DNA of 40,010 bases, from the NCBI GenBank assembly GCA_050728975.1, contig JBOHKJ010000020.1, forward strand, positions 1 to 40,010, given 5' to 3'. The notes under the pieces are model-generated. The model had not been told where the DNA came from and did not search any database. It worked only from the letters and a program-made list of their open reading frames with translations. The translations under genes and the position numbers were made by a program. Below are positions 19,456-28,358 of this stretch, one piece after another (within the stretch, counting starts at the first letter, position 1; each line of letters starts with the position of its first letter). This stretch comes from Kiloniellales bacterium (GTDB lineage Bacteria > Pseudomonadota > Alphaproteobacteria > Kiloniellales > JBOHKJ01).

Positions 19456-19878
19456 TCAGCTTTGCCCGTCGAACCGGCGACGAACCTCGTCCGGAACGGG
19501 AAGCGCCCGCATGCCGCTCGGATGGTCGGGATCCCTGGCGACCCAGGCCCGCAGCTCGTGACCGGTGACGGTTTCCTGGCCGCCGTTGGAGATGCTGTGC
19601 TCGACCCGAAAGGACGACTTGCCCCAGCGTGCGATGCGGCTCTCGAGCGCGATCGTGTCGCGGAAGCGCGACGGCCGGCGGAAGCTCGCGCCGGCGTCGA
19701 GGATTGGAACGCCGAGCACGCCGTGATCCTTGAACAATGTCGCGAGGTCGATACCGACCGAAGCGAAAAGCTCTGTCGTGCCGCAATCGAACCAGCGGAA
19801 GAAGTTTGGATAAAACACGATATCGGCCGGGTCGCAGTCGCCCCACTGCACGGTGATGTCGATCCGATTGGCGATCAT
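19456..19878 (-). CDS. Acyl-CoA thioesterase, 4HBT/YbgC-type hotdog fold
   Basis: 140 aa. The motif VQWGDCDPADIVFYPNFFRWFD contains the catalytic Asp context of 4-hydroxybenzoyl-CoA thioesterase-like proteins. Confidence 0.85.
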   Translation of the reverse strand: MIANRIDITVQWGDCDPADIVFYPNFFRWFDCGTTELFASVGIDLATLFKDHGVLGVPILDAGASFRRPSRFRDTIALESRIARWGKSSFRVEHSISNGGQETVTGHELRAWVARDPDHPSGMRALPVPDEVRRRFDGQS

Positions 19879-19953
19879 ACCGCGGTGCCCCCTCCCTGGC
19901 CGGTCGTCAGCTTGACAGGTCCGCGACCGGGGACCAAGCTATTAGTGAAAGCG

Positions 19954-19974
19954 ATATTTCAAATACTGAAATAT
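19954..19974. promoter_or_regulatory. Perfect AT-rich palindrome ATATTTCA-N5-TGAAATAT in the divergent thioesterase/iorA promoter region (candidate operator)
   Basis: Read directly: 8-bp arms with a 5-bp spacer. It is the most AT-rich spot in a 115-bp divergent intergenic region, 20 bp upstream of the iorA start. Confidence 0.4.
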
Positions 19975-19993
19975 TGCAGACCGGATCGTCAAG

Positions 19994-22129
19994 ATGGAAC
20001 GCACCTTCGAAAACGAGATCGCGCTGTTGCGCCTCGGCGCGGGCGCGCGGTTTCACGGCGAGGGCATCCTCGCCGTCACCAAGGGGCTGCTGCAGTCGGG
20101 CGTCGCCTACGTCGGCGGCTACCAGGGCGCGCCGGTGTCCCATCTGCTCGACGTGCTGGTTTCGGCCCGGGAGCTGATGGGCGAGCTCGGGATTCATGTG
20201 GAGGCCTGCGCGAACGAGGCCTCGGCTGCGGCGATGCTCGCGGCCTCGATCAACTATCCGGTTCGCGGCGCCGTCACCTGGAAGTCGATCGTCGGCACAA
20301 ACGTCGCCTCCGACGCGCTCTCGAATCTGGCCTCGGCCGGGGTGATGGGCGGCGCGCTGATCGTTATCGGCGAGGACTTCGGCGAAGGCTCGAGCGTCAT
20401 CCAGGAGCGCAGCTACGCCTATGCGATGAAATCCTCGGTGCTGCTGCTCGATCCCAAGCCGACGCTGCAAAGCATGGTCGCGACGATCGAGCAGGGCTTC
20501 GCACTCTCCGAAGTCTCGAACATGCCGGCGATGCTGCAGCTCCGAATTCGCGCCTGTCACGTCCAGGGCTCCTTCGTCGCCAGCGACAACCGCGCGCCGC
20601 GCTACGGCACGCACAACAGGATCGCCGAGCCCGCGGCTTTTCTCTACGACCGTCTGTCGCATCCACCGGTGACCTTCAAGCAGGAGAAGCTGAAGGTGAC
20701 GGAACGGATCCCGGCGGCCTGCCGCTTCATTCGCGAGCAGGGCCTCAACGAGCTGCGGAAGGGCCGCAAGACCAGCCGCGTCGGGCTGATCGTTCCAGGC
20801 GGTCTCTACAACGCCGTCCTGCGTCAGCTATGCGAGCTGGGACTGGCCGACGACTACGGAGCGGCCGACGTCGATCTCCTGATCCTCAACGTCACCTATC
20901 CGCTGGTGGCCGAGGAGGTCGCCGAGTTCGCCGCCGGCAAGGATCATCTGCTGGTGGTCGAGGAAGGCTTCCCCGCTTTCATGGAGCAGCAGATCCAGCG
21001 CCTCCTGGTCACGCGCGGAGAGACGGCGAAGCTGCATGGCAAGGGCATCCTGCCCGAGACCGGCGAGTTGAGCGGCGAGGTCCTGGCCGAGGGACTGGCG
21101 CGCTTCTTCTTCGAGGTCGCGGCCCCGGAGCTTGCGCTCGACACCGCCAAGGCGCGGATCGCGCGCCTCGTGTCCTTGCGCGAGCGGGCGGCAGCGGCTT
21201 TCGCGGCGCCGCTTCCGGCGCGCCCGCCCAGCTTCTGCACCGGCTGCCCCGAGCGCCCGGTCTTCGGCGCGCTCAAGCTGGCGCAGAAATCGGTCGGCCA
21301 GGTCCATGTCGCCGCCGATATCGGCTGCCACGCGCTCGCCACCTTCGAGCCCTTCTCGATGGGCAACTCGATCCTCGGCTACGGGCTGTCGCTCGCCAGC
21401 AATGCCGCGGTGGGTCCGCTCCAGCAGCGCCGCACCGTCGCCGTGATGGGCGACGGCGGCTTCTGGCACAACGGCCTGCAGACCGGCGTCGCCAGCAATC
21501 TCTACAACCGCGGCGACGGCGTGCTGGTGATCATGAGCAACGGCTACGCCTCGGCGACCGGCCAGCAGCTCATTCCTTCCTCGGCGCGCCAGAGCGACGG
21601 CGGCCTCAAGACCGGGAGCGACATCGCGCGGACGCTGAACGCGCTCGGCGTCGAATGGATCCGCACGGTGCGCACCTATTCGGTCGCCAAGATGACCAGG
21701 ACCCTGCGCGAGGCGCTGACCGCGACCCAGAACGGCCTCAAGGTCATCATTGCCGAAGGCGAGTGCATGCTGGCACGCCAGCGTCGCGAGCGGGCCGAGA
21801 AAGCGGCCGCGCTCGAAGCGGGTAAGCGCGTGGTCGAGGAGAAGTTCGGGGTCGACGATGCGGTCTGCACCGGCGATCACTCCTGTATCCGCCTATCGGG
21901 CTGCCCGACCTTGACGGTGAAGCCCAATCCCGATCCGCTGCGCTCCGACCCGGTGGCCCATGTCACAGAGGATTGCGTGGCTTGCGGCCTGTGCGGCGAG
22001 ATGGCCCAGGCGGCAACGCTCTGTCCGTCCTTCTACCGGGTGGGACGGGTGCGCAACGCCGGCGCCGTCGAGCGCCTGGTCCATCGTCTGCGGCTCAGGA
22101 TCGTCGCAGCGCTCGCGGAGGCCGCGTGA
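19994..22129 (+). CDS. iorA: Indolepyruvate/aryl-2-oxoacid:ferredoxin oxidoreductase, alpha subunit (TPP-binding, with C-terminal ferredoxin-like Cys cluster)
   Basis: 711 aa. It begins with GEGILAVTKGLLQSGVAYVGGYQGAPVSH. It has the TPP motif region MGDGGFWHNG and the Cys motifs FCTGCPERP and CxxCGLCGE near the C-terminus. Confidence 0.88.
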   Translation: MERTFENEIALLRLGAGARFHGEGILAVTKGLLQSGVAYVGGYQGAPVSHLLDVLVSARELMGELGIHVEACANEASAAAMLAASINYPVRGAVTWKSIVGTNVASDALSNLASAGVMGGALIVIGEDFGEGSSVIQERSYAYAMKSSVLLLDPKPTLQSMVATIEQGFALSEVSNMPAMLQLRIRACHVQGSFVASDNRAPRYGTHNRIAEPAAFLYDRLSHPPVTFKQEKLKVTERIPAACRFIREQGLNELRKGRKTSRVGLIVPGGLYNAVLRQLCELGLADDYGAADVDLLILNVTYPLVAEEVAEFAAGKDHLLVVEEGFPAFMEQQIQRLLVTRGETAKLHGKGILPETGELSGEVLAEGLARFFFEVAAPELALDTAKARIARLVSLRERAAAAFAAPLPARPPSFCTGCPERPVFGALKLAQKSVGQVHVAADIGCHALATFEPFSMGNSILGYGLSLASNAAVGPLQQRRTVAVMGDGGFWHNGLQTGVASNLYNRGDGVLVIMSNGYASATGQQLIPSSARQSDGGLKTGSDIARTLNALGVEWIRTVRTYSVAKMTRTLREALTATQNGLKVIIAEGECMLARQRRERAEKAAALEAGKRVVEEKFGVDDAVCTGDHSCIRLSGCPTLTVKPNPDPLRSDPVAHVTEDCVACGLCGEMAQAATLCPSFYRVGRVRNAGAVERLVHRLRLRIVAALAEAA

Positions 22130-23592
22130 TGGCCACGTTGCGACTCCTGATCGCGGCGCTCGGCGGCGAAGGAGGCGGCCTGCTGACCAACTGGATCGTC
22201 GAGGCCGCGCGCCGCCAGGGGATCGCGGCCCAGGCGACCTCGGTGCCGGGTGTCGCTCAACGCACTGGCGCCACCACCTACTACGTCGAATTCGCGACCG
22301 GCGGGGAGCCCGGCCGCACGCCGGTCTTCGCGCTGATGCCGGTGGCCGGCGACGTCGACATCGTCGTCGCCTCGGAGCTGCTGGAGGCGGCGCGCATGGT
22401 CGGGCGCGGCTTTGTCGCCCCGGACCGGACGTTCCTGATCGCCTCGACCCATCGGACGCTGACCACGCTGGAAAAGATGGCGCCGGGCGACGGGGCGCTC
22501 GACGCCGGCAGCCTGCTGCGGGCGGTCGAGGGCGCGAGCCGCGCGTGTTTCCTCTTCGACGCCGACAGCGCGGCGCGCGGAACCGGAGCGCCGCTCAATG
22601 CGGTGCTGCTGGGCGCGCTGGCTGGCCTCGAGGTCCTGCCGCTCTCCGCGGACAGCCTGCGCGCGGCGATCGAGAGCGGCGGGGTCGCGGTCAAACGCAA
22701 TCTGCGCGGCTTCGGCGCCGGCTTTGCCAAGGCGCGCGGCGAGCCGCTAGAGCCCAAATCGTCGGCGCTGAGGTCGTCAGCCGATTTGTCATCCGCCTCG
22801 AAGGCCGGTCCTGCGAGGCGTGCCGTCGAAGCGACCTTGGAGCGGCGGCTCGCCGCGCTGCCGGAGGCGGTGCGCGCGGTTGCCGGGATCGCCGTCGAGC
22901 GTCTGATCGGCTATCAGGACGCGGACTACGCCGCGCTCTATCTCGAACGGCTGACGTCGTTTCTCGACGAGCCGGTGCTGGCGCGCGAAGTGGCGCGACA
23001 TCTCGCGGTTCGCATGTCCTACGAGGACGTGATCCGCGTGGCGCAGCTCAAGACCCGCGCGTCGCGCATCGAGCGGATCCGTACCGAGATCGCCGCCGGC
23101 GAGGCCGACCCGCTCGAAATCGTCGACTTCTTCAAGCCGGGCATCCCCGAGATCGCCGACATCCTGCCTGCCGCGCTCGGCCGGCGCTTGCTGGCCTGGA
23201 ACGCCAAGCGCGCGAGCCGCGATCCGCTCGAGTTCGCGCTCAAGGTTCGGACCTTGACGGTCTTCGGTTTCTTGCGACTTCGTTTCCTCGCCAAGCTCAA
23301 GGCGCTGCGCCGCCGCTCGCTGCGCTTCGCCGAGGAGCAGGCTGCCATCGAGGCCTGGCTGGCATTGGTTACACGCGCGCGCGCCGTCTCGCCCGCCCTG
23401 GCGCTGCAAACCGCCGAGCTGGCGCGCTTGGTGAAGGGATACGGCGATACCTATCGGCGCGGCCAGGAGAATTACCGAAAGCTGGTCGCCGAGCTGGTCG
23501 AGCCGGCACTGAACGGCGGTGCGCCCGTCGAGGAGCCGGCGGCTCAGCTACGCGGTGCGATCGCCGGGGCGCTCGCCAGCGCGCCGGCCTGA
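22129..23592 (+). CDS. iorB: Indolepyruvate oxidoreductase subunit beta (with long helical C-terminal extension)
   Basis: The start MATLRLLIAALGGEGGGLLTNWIVEAARRQG is the IorB/gamma-domain Gly-rich motif. ATG 22129 overlaps the iorA TGA. The 52 upstream codons in the track ORF overlap iorA and are rejected. Confidence 0.85.
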   Translation: MATLRLLIAALGGEGGGLLTNWIVEAARRQGIAAQATSVPGVAQRTGATTYYVEFATGGEPGRTPVFALMPVAGDVDIVVASELLEAARMVGRGFVAPDRTFLIASTHRTLTTLEKMAPGDGALDAGSLLRAVEGASRACFLFDADSAARGTGAPLNAVLLGALAGLEVLPLSADSLRAAIESGGVAVKRNLRGFGAGFAKARGEPLEPKSSALRSSADLSSASKAGPARRAVEATLERRLAALPEAVRAVAGIAVERLIGYQDADYAALYLERLTSFLDEPVLAREVARHLAVRMSYEDVIRVAQLKTRASRIERIRTEIAAGEADPLEIVDFFKPGIPEIADILPAALGRRLLAWNAKRASRDPLEFALKVRTLTVFGFLRLRFLAKLKALRRRSLRFAEEQAAIEAWLALVTRARAVSPALALQTAELARLVKGYGDTYRRGQENYRKLVAELVEPALNGGAPVEEPAAQLRGAIAGALASAPA

Positions 23593-23613
23593 TACCGCTT
23601 TGCCTGCCATCGC

Positions 23614-24477
23614 TCAGGGCTCGTAGACGCCCCAGCTGCTGCCGCGCATGCGCTCGCCGATGTCGCAACCCTTCTCGTATGTCGATCCGCCGCTCTGTCC
23701 GAGTTGCGCTGGGGCGATGGCCGCGCGGCGGGGCGTTGCCGGCGGCGCGCGGCCGGCGATCTCCAGGATCAGCTTTCTGCGAATCGCCCGGGCGAAATCG
23801 TCGAAGTCCTCGGCGATCACCACGAAGGCGCCGGGCCCGCCGATGACGCAGCCTTCGAAGTAGCGGTCGAGGTCGGCGAGGTAGTAGCGCGTGTTGTAGC
23901 GGTCGCGCGGGTTCATGATAGGCAGGCCGTTGATCGCGATCTCGCGCGCGACCGTCTCGTCGCGCACCCGGTCAACCAGGCGGCCGAAGTTGTTGGGTCC
24001 GTCGCCGGAGACGTCGATCACCCGCCGCGTGCCCTCGATGTCGTTGGCCTCGATCATCCGCGCGGCCAACTCGATGGCGTCGCTGATCGAGGTGCTCATG
24101 CCGAAGTTGAGCTCCGCCTCGAGCAGGGCGGTGGCGAAGTCGGTCGCGCTCTCGCGGTCGCCGATCACCCGCCAGTCCACCACCACTTTGTTCTGCACCC
24201 GGCTGGAGAAGTCGATGTAAGCGACTGCGATCCGCCCGAGGTAGCCCGCCTCGACTGCCTGGATCACCTCCGGACTGGCGAAGGCGGCGGCCACGCCTTC
24301 GCGCTGCAACTCGGCCTCGGCAAGGTCGATGGAACGCGAGCTGTCGGTGGCGATCACCAACTCCAGGTCGACCGCTTCCGCCGCAAGGCCTGCCGGCGCG
24401 CTCGCCGGCAGCGCCGCGCAAAAACCGGCTGCGAGGAATGCGGCCGTGCGTCCGCCTCTGCCGTGGCCTGCTGCCAT
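23614..24477 (-). CDS. DUF1194 domain protein (vWA-like fold), secreted
   Basis: 287 aa. It has a signal peptide, then LELVIATDSSRSID...AVAYIDFS...VIDVSGDGPNN...INGLPI...YFEGCVIGGPGAFV. This is the pattern recalled for alphaproteobacterial DUF1194. Confidence 0.8.
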   Translation of the reverse strand: MAAGHGRGGRTAAFLAAGFCAALPASAPAGLAAEAVDLELVIATDSSRSIDLAEAELQREGVAAAFASPEVIQAVEAGYLGRIAVAYIDFSSRVQNKVVVDWRVIGDRESATDFATALLEAELNFGMSTSISDAIELAARMIEANDIEGTRRVIDVSGDGPNNFGRLVDRVRDETVAREIAINGLPIMNPRDRYNTRYYLADLDRYFEGCVIGGPGAFVVIAEDFDDFARAIRRKLILEIAGRAPPATPRRAAIAPAQLGQSGGSTYEKGCDIGERMRGSSWGVYEP

Positions 24478-24952
24478 GCCCGGTGCGGCCTCCTTCGGCG
24501 ACCGGATTGGAAGCTATAGAATAGCGGCGCGCGGGCCGGTGCGCCATCGCCCCCGGCGCGGAGCGCACGGCACCCCTGCGCCTAAAGCAGATCCGGGTCA
24601 GCTGAAATTGCCTGGCGATCCCATCCGACCCGGTGAATCTGCCCCACTTTTCATGCTTAAAGCGGATTCACGCGATCGGCCAACGCCCGGCACCGGTCGA
24701 GCGCGATCCGCTTTGGCGCGTTTGACAGAATCGCAATTCCATGAGACAAGCCGCCATCCGAGTTTCGGTGTCGGGCGCTCCAGCCACGTAAAGCGACGGT
24801 TTTCCCGTCCTTCCTGTTGAGCGCCGCGACCGACTTCCCCCCGAAAAGCCCAGGTACGTGGGGCTTCTCCCCGAACAACAGAGCCGCGCCCGGTGCTTCG
24901 TCCTGGAGGCGAAATGCGACCGGCAGCCGGCTTACGATGAAAGATTTTCCTT

Positions 24953-26170
24953 TTGACAAGCTTCGCTACCCTCGGCCTCGCCGAGCCCATTCTTCGTGCC
25001 GTCGAGAAAGACGGCTATTCCCGCCCCACCCCCATCCAGCAAGGCACCATCCCGCAGCTGCTGGCCGGCCGTGACGTTCTCGGGATCGCCCAGACCGGCA
25101 GCGGCAAGACCGCCGCTTTCGCGCTGCCGATCCTGCATCGGCTGGCGAACGGCGGCGCGCCGCGTCCGCGGACCTGCCGGGCGCTGGTGCTGGCGCCGAC
25201 TCGCGAGCTCGCGGCCCAGATCGCCGAGAGCTTCCGCTCTTACGGCCGCTTCACCCGGGCCTCGGTCGCCGTCGTCATCGGCGGCGCCAAGCACGGCCCC
25301 CAGGCCAAGGCGCTGGCGCGCGGCGTCGACGTGCTGGTGGCAACGCCGGGCCGCCTGATCGACCACCTCGAAGGCGGCTCGATCCGCCTCGCCGAAACCG
25401 AAGTCGTGGTGCTCGACGAAGCCGACCATATGCTCGATCTCGGCTTCCTGGTGCCGATCCGGCGCATTCTGCAGAAGCTGCCGAAGCAGCGGCAGAGCGT
25501 GTTCTTCTCGGCGACCATGCCGCGGCCGATCGGCCTGCTGGCGGACGAGATGCTGCACGATCCGGTCAAAGTCTCTGTCGCCCCCGCGGCGACGACGGTG
25601 GCAACAGTGAGCCAGCAGGTCTATTTCGTGGAAGCGGCCCGCAAGCGCAACTTGCTGGTCGAGCTGCTCGGCAAGCCCGAGTTCGCGCGGGCGCTGGTCT
25701 TCACCCGCACCAAGCATGGCGCCGACCGTGTCACCCGCCATCTCGAAGCCGCCGGCCTGACGGCGGCGGCCATTCACGGCAACAAGAACCAGGGGCAGCG
25801 CGAGCGGGCGCTCGCCGGCTTCAAGTCCGGACGCACGCGAATCCTGGTCGCCACCGACATCGCTGCGCGCGGAATCGACGTCGAGGGCGTGACCCACGTG
25901 GTCAACTTCGAGCTGCCCAACGTGCCCGAGAGCTACGTCCACCGCATCGGCCGCACTGCGCGCGCCGGTGCTGCCGGGACCGCGATCTCGTTCTGCGACG
26001 ACGCGGAGCGAAAGCTGTTGCGCGACATCGAGCGGGTGACGCGCCAGAGCCTGCCGGGCATCGACCGCCGCACCGGCGGGAGCGCTGCGCCGATGGTGCG
26101 GCCCAACCGCCCAAGCCGGCGTCCGCAGAAGAAGCAGCCGTGGAATCGTAACCGTCGGGCGGCTGCCTAG
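24953..26170 (+). CDS. rhlE: ATP-dependent DEAD-box RNA helicase (RhlE-like)
   Basis: 405 aa. Motifs present: Q motif (F..LGL...GYSRPTPIQ), motif I AQTGSGKT, PTRELA, DEAD as VLDEADHML, SAT, and HRIGRTARAG. The tail is basic. The start is TTG per the track. Confidence 0.93.
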   Translation: MTSFATLGLAEPILRAVEKDGYSRPTPIQQGTIPQLLAGRDVLGIAQTGSGKTAAFALPILHRLANGGAPRPRTCRALVLAPTRELAAQIAESFRSYGRFTRASVAVVIGGAKHGPQAKALARGVDVLVATPGRLIDHLEGGSIRLAETEVVVLDEADHMLDLGFLVPIRRILQKLPKQRQSVFFSATMPRPIGLLADEMLHDPVKVSVAPAATTVATVSQQVYFVEAARKRNLLVELLGKPEFARALVFTRTKHGADRVTRHLEAAGLTAAAIHGNKNQGQRERALAGFKSGRTRILVATDIAARGIDVEGVTHVVNFELPNVPESYVHRIGRTARAGAAGTAISFCDDAERKLLRDIERVTRQSLPGIDRRTGGSAAPMVRPNRPSRRPQKKQPWNRNRRAAA

Positions 26171-26179
26171 TTAGCGCCG

Positions 26180-27031
26180 CTACTTCTTGCCGTTGGTGTC
26201 CATCAGGCGCTGGCCGAGGCCCATCACCAGAGTCTGGGCGAGGCACAGCGGCGCTGCCAGCCCGCGAAAGGCGTGGCTCTCGTCCTCGCGGGTTTCCAGC
26301 ACCACGTCGGCGGCGAGCGCGAGCGGGCTGACCGGGCTGTCGGTGATGGCGACCACCGGCACGCCGCGCTCGCGCGCCTCGCCGGCGATCCGCACGACGT
26401 CCGCGGTGTAGTGGCGGAAGGAGACGGCGATCAACGCATCGCGCTTGGCGACCAGCTTGATCTCGCGCTCGGTCAGCCCGCCCACTCCGTCCAGCAGGTG
26501 GCAGCGCTTCTCGAGCCCGTTGAGCGCGTAGGCCGTGTAGAAAGCGACCGGAAAGGCGCGGCCGCGCGCCAGGATAAAGACGGTCTCGGCCTGCTGCAGT
26601 ATTTCTATCGCACGGCCGATCCTCGTCACGTCGGCCTGATGGCGCAGCTGCTCCAGCGAAGCGATCGACTGCTCCACGAAATCGTGCAGCAGTCCCTCGA
26701 CGCCGCTGCGGCCATGAGTCTCGTCCTGAAGGCTCTTGAGGCGGTCGCGATAGCTCGGCGCGCGGGCGATCAGGTGCGAGCGCAGGACCCGCTGCAGCGC
26801 GCTGAAGCCGTCGAAGCCGAAGGTCTTGGCGAAGCGGATCAGGCTCGAGGGCTGCACGTCCACCGCCTCGGCTATCGTCGTGACCGTCGCCAGCGCGGCG
26901 TCGTCGGGATTCTCCAGCAGGTAGCGGGCGATACGCTGGAGCTGACCGCTTAGCGCGGAGTAGCGCCGGGTGATCGACCTCTCCAGCTCCTCGAAATCGG
27001 CCGGCAAGTCGCTGTCGCTGGTCTCCGTCAT
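26180..27031 (-). CDS. MurR/RpiR family transcriptional regulator (HTH plus SIS domain); candidate IolR
   Basis: 283 aa. The HTH_6 region is RIARYLLENPDDAALATVTTIAEAVDVQPSSLIRFAKTFGFDGF, followed by a SIS sugar-phosphate-binding domain. The gene is adjacent to the iol genes. In Sinorhizobium the iol repressor IolR is RpiR-type. Confidence 0.85.
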   Translation of the reverse strand: MTETSDSDLPADFEELERSITRRYSALSGQLQRIARYLLENPDDAALATVTTIAEAVDVQPSSLIRFAKTFGFDGFSALQRVLRSHLIARAPSYRDRLKSLQDETHGRSGVEGLLHDFVEQSIASLEQLRHQADVTRIGRAIEILQQAETVFILARGRAFPVAFYTAYALNGLEKRCHLLDGVGGLTEREIKLVAKRDALIAVSFRHYTADVVRIAGEARERGVPVVAITDSPVSPLALAADVVLETREDESHAFRGLAAPLCLAQTLVMGLGQRLMDTNGKK

Positions 27032-27114
27032 CTCGGCTCCCCATGGCCCCGCGCTTACCGGCGGTTTTTCTTACGCCGGCCAGAGGCAACATTTTTTCCG
27101 GGATTGGCGCGACT

Positions 27115-27130
27115 GTGAAGTCTCTTTCAC
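27115..27130. promoter_or_regulatory. Inverted repeat GTGAA-N6-TTCAC between the RpiR gene and the ABM gene (candidate autoregulatory operator)
   Basis: Read directly from the sequence. It lies in the 191-bp divergent intergenic region. Confidence 0.3.
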
Positions 27131-27222
27131 AAAAGCTCGAAAGCCTTGCGGTGCGCCGGCTTGCCAGGGTCGGTCCCGGCTGGAACAATCGCCGCCCGCA
27201 AAAAGAGGAGAGGGCGCAGCCG

Positions 27223-27519
27223 ATGAGCAAGATCGCCTTGGTGGTGGAGCTGGAAGCTGCGGAAGGCAAGCTGGAAGCTTTCCTGGCCCGGGTCGCGAAG
27301 CACGCGGCGGCCTGCAAGGCGGCCGAGCCGGGCCTGCTGGAATTCACGGTGCTGCGGCCCGAGGAGGGCGGCAACAGAATCTTCCTCTACGAGCTTTACC
27401 GCGACAAGGCGGCGCTCGCCGAGCACGACGGCTCGGCGCGCATGAAGGCCTATCAGGCGGAGGTCGGGCCGATGATCGCCTCGCGCAAGCGACATACCTG
27501 CGCGGTCGCGGTGGAGTAG
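27223..27519 (+). CDS. ABM-domain protein (putative quinol/antibiotic-biosynthesis monooxygenase family)
   Basis: 98 aa from ATG 27223, with AAGAGGAGAGG upstream. MSKIALVVELEAAEGKLEAFL...FLYELYRDKAALAEHDGSARMKAY is the ferredoxin-like ABM pattern. The longer track ORF start at 27043 is rejected. Confidence 0.72.
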   Translation: MSKIALVVELEAAEGKLEAFLARVAKHAAACKAAEPGLLEFTVLRPEEGGNRIFLYELYRDKAALAEHDGSARMKAYQAEVGPMIASRKRHTCAVAVE

Positions 27520-27531
27520 GCGCGGCGTTTC

Positions 27532-28338
27532 CTACCGCTTCCTCACGATCCAGTCGTGCGCCGGGTCGTTCTGGAAGCGCCACTCGCGCTTCGGTCCGGC
27601 CATGACGTTCAAATAGTAGAGATCGTAGCCGTGCGGCGCACCCACCGGGTGATAGCCGCGCGGCACCATCACGCAATCTCCGTTCTCCACCGCCATGGTC
27701 TGGTCGAGCGAGCGGTCGTCGGTGTAGACCCGCTGGAAGGCGAAGCCCTGCTCGGGCTTCAGGCGATGATAGTAGGTCTCCTCGAGCTGGGTCTCCTCGC
27801 CAGGCGCGCTGCGATCGTGCTTATGGGGCGGATAGGAGGACCAGTTGCCGCCCGGGGTGATGACCTCGACCACCAGCAGGCTTTCGGCCGGCTCGCTTTC
27901 CGGCAGGATGTTGTGGATCAGGCGCCGGTTGGTGCCTGAGCCGCGCTCCTCGAAGCCGACCTTGTCGGGGCCGATCAGCCGCACCGGATATTTGCCGCCG
28001 CTGCCCGGCGCCGAGCAGAGGCCCAGCTCGAGCGGCCCCTCGGCGGTCACCGCGAAATCGGACCTGGCCGGAACGTAGATCGACCAGGGCTTGCCATCGA
28101 AGGGCGAGTTGCGCGCGCCGATGACGCCGAAGTCCTCGCCGCCGGCCGTAACGCCGCCGCGGCCGGACAGCAGCACGATGCAGAATTCGCGCCCGGCGGT
28201 TTCGCGGGCGAGCTCTTCGCTGGGCTTCAGCTTGAAGACCTCGAAGCCGACGTAGGACCAGCCGGCGCTCTCGGGCGTCACCGAGAGCACGCGGCCCTCG
28301 GCGTTGCGCTCGCGCGGCTTTACCAGGAGATTCGCCAT
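27532..28338 (-). CDS. iolB: 5-deoxy-glucuronate isomerase
   Basis: 268 aa from MANLLVKP. It contains the cupin region GGNWSSYPPHKHD...EETYYH...GDCVMVPRGYHPVGAPHGYDLYYLNVMAGP. The track ORF (603 aa) is an artefactual upstream read-through. Confidence 0.92.
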   Translation of the reverse strand: MANLLVKPRERNAEGRVLSVTPESAGWSYVGFEVFKLKPSEELARETAGREFCIVLLSGRGGVTAGGEDFGVIGARNSPFDGKPWSIYVPARSDFAVTAEGPLELGLCSAPGSGGKYPVRLIGPDKVGFEERGSGTNRRLIHNILPESEPAESLLVVEVITPGGNWSSYPPHKHDRSAPGEETQLEETYYHRLKPEQGFAFQRVYTDDRSLDQTMAVENGDCVMVPRGYHPVGAPHGYDLYYLNVMAGPKREWRFQNDPAHDWIVRKR

Positions 28339-28358
28339 CGTCTGCTCCGCCGTTTCGA

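Noticed and set aside
19441-23846. 794-aa (19441-21825) and 628-aa (21960-23846) plus-strand ORFs out of frame with iorA/iorB
   Set aside because: They are alternative frames of, or overlap, the well-supported iorA/iorB and thioesterase genes. Their extreme Arg/Gly/Pro/Ala content fits off-frame translation of GC-rich coding DNA.
24657-24959. 100-aa minus-strand ORF in the long rhlE upstream region (TTG start overlapping the rhlE start)
   Set aside because: By hand count its third-position GC is clearly lower than in the real genes here. It has no convincing RBS and no recognisable motif. The region is treated as non-coding leader. Only ribosome profiling could overturn this.
25902-27374. 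490-aa minus-strand ORF overlapping the rhlE end, the RpiR gene and the ABM gene
   Set aside because: It is off-frame relative to the RpiR gene and antisense to rhlE and the ABM gene. It has Arg/Pro/Ala-rich composition and no domains.
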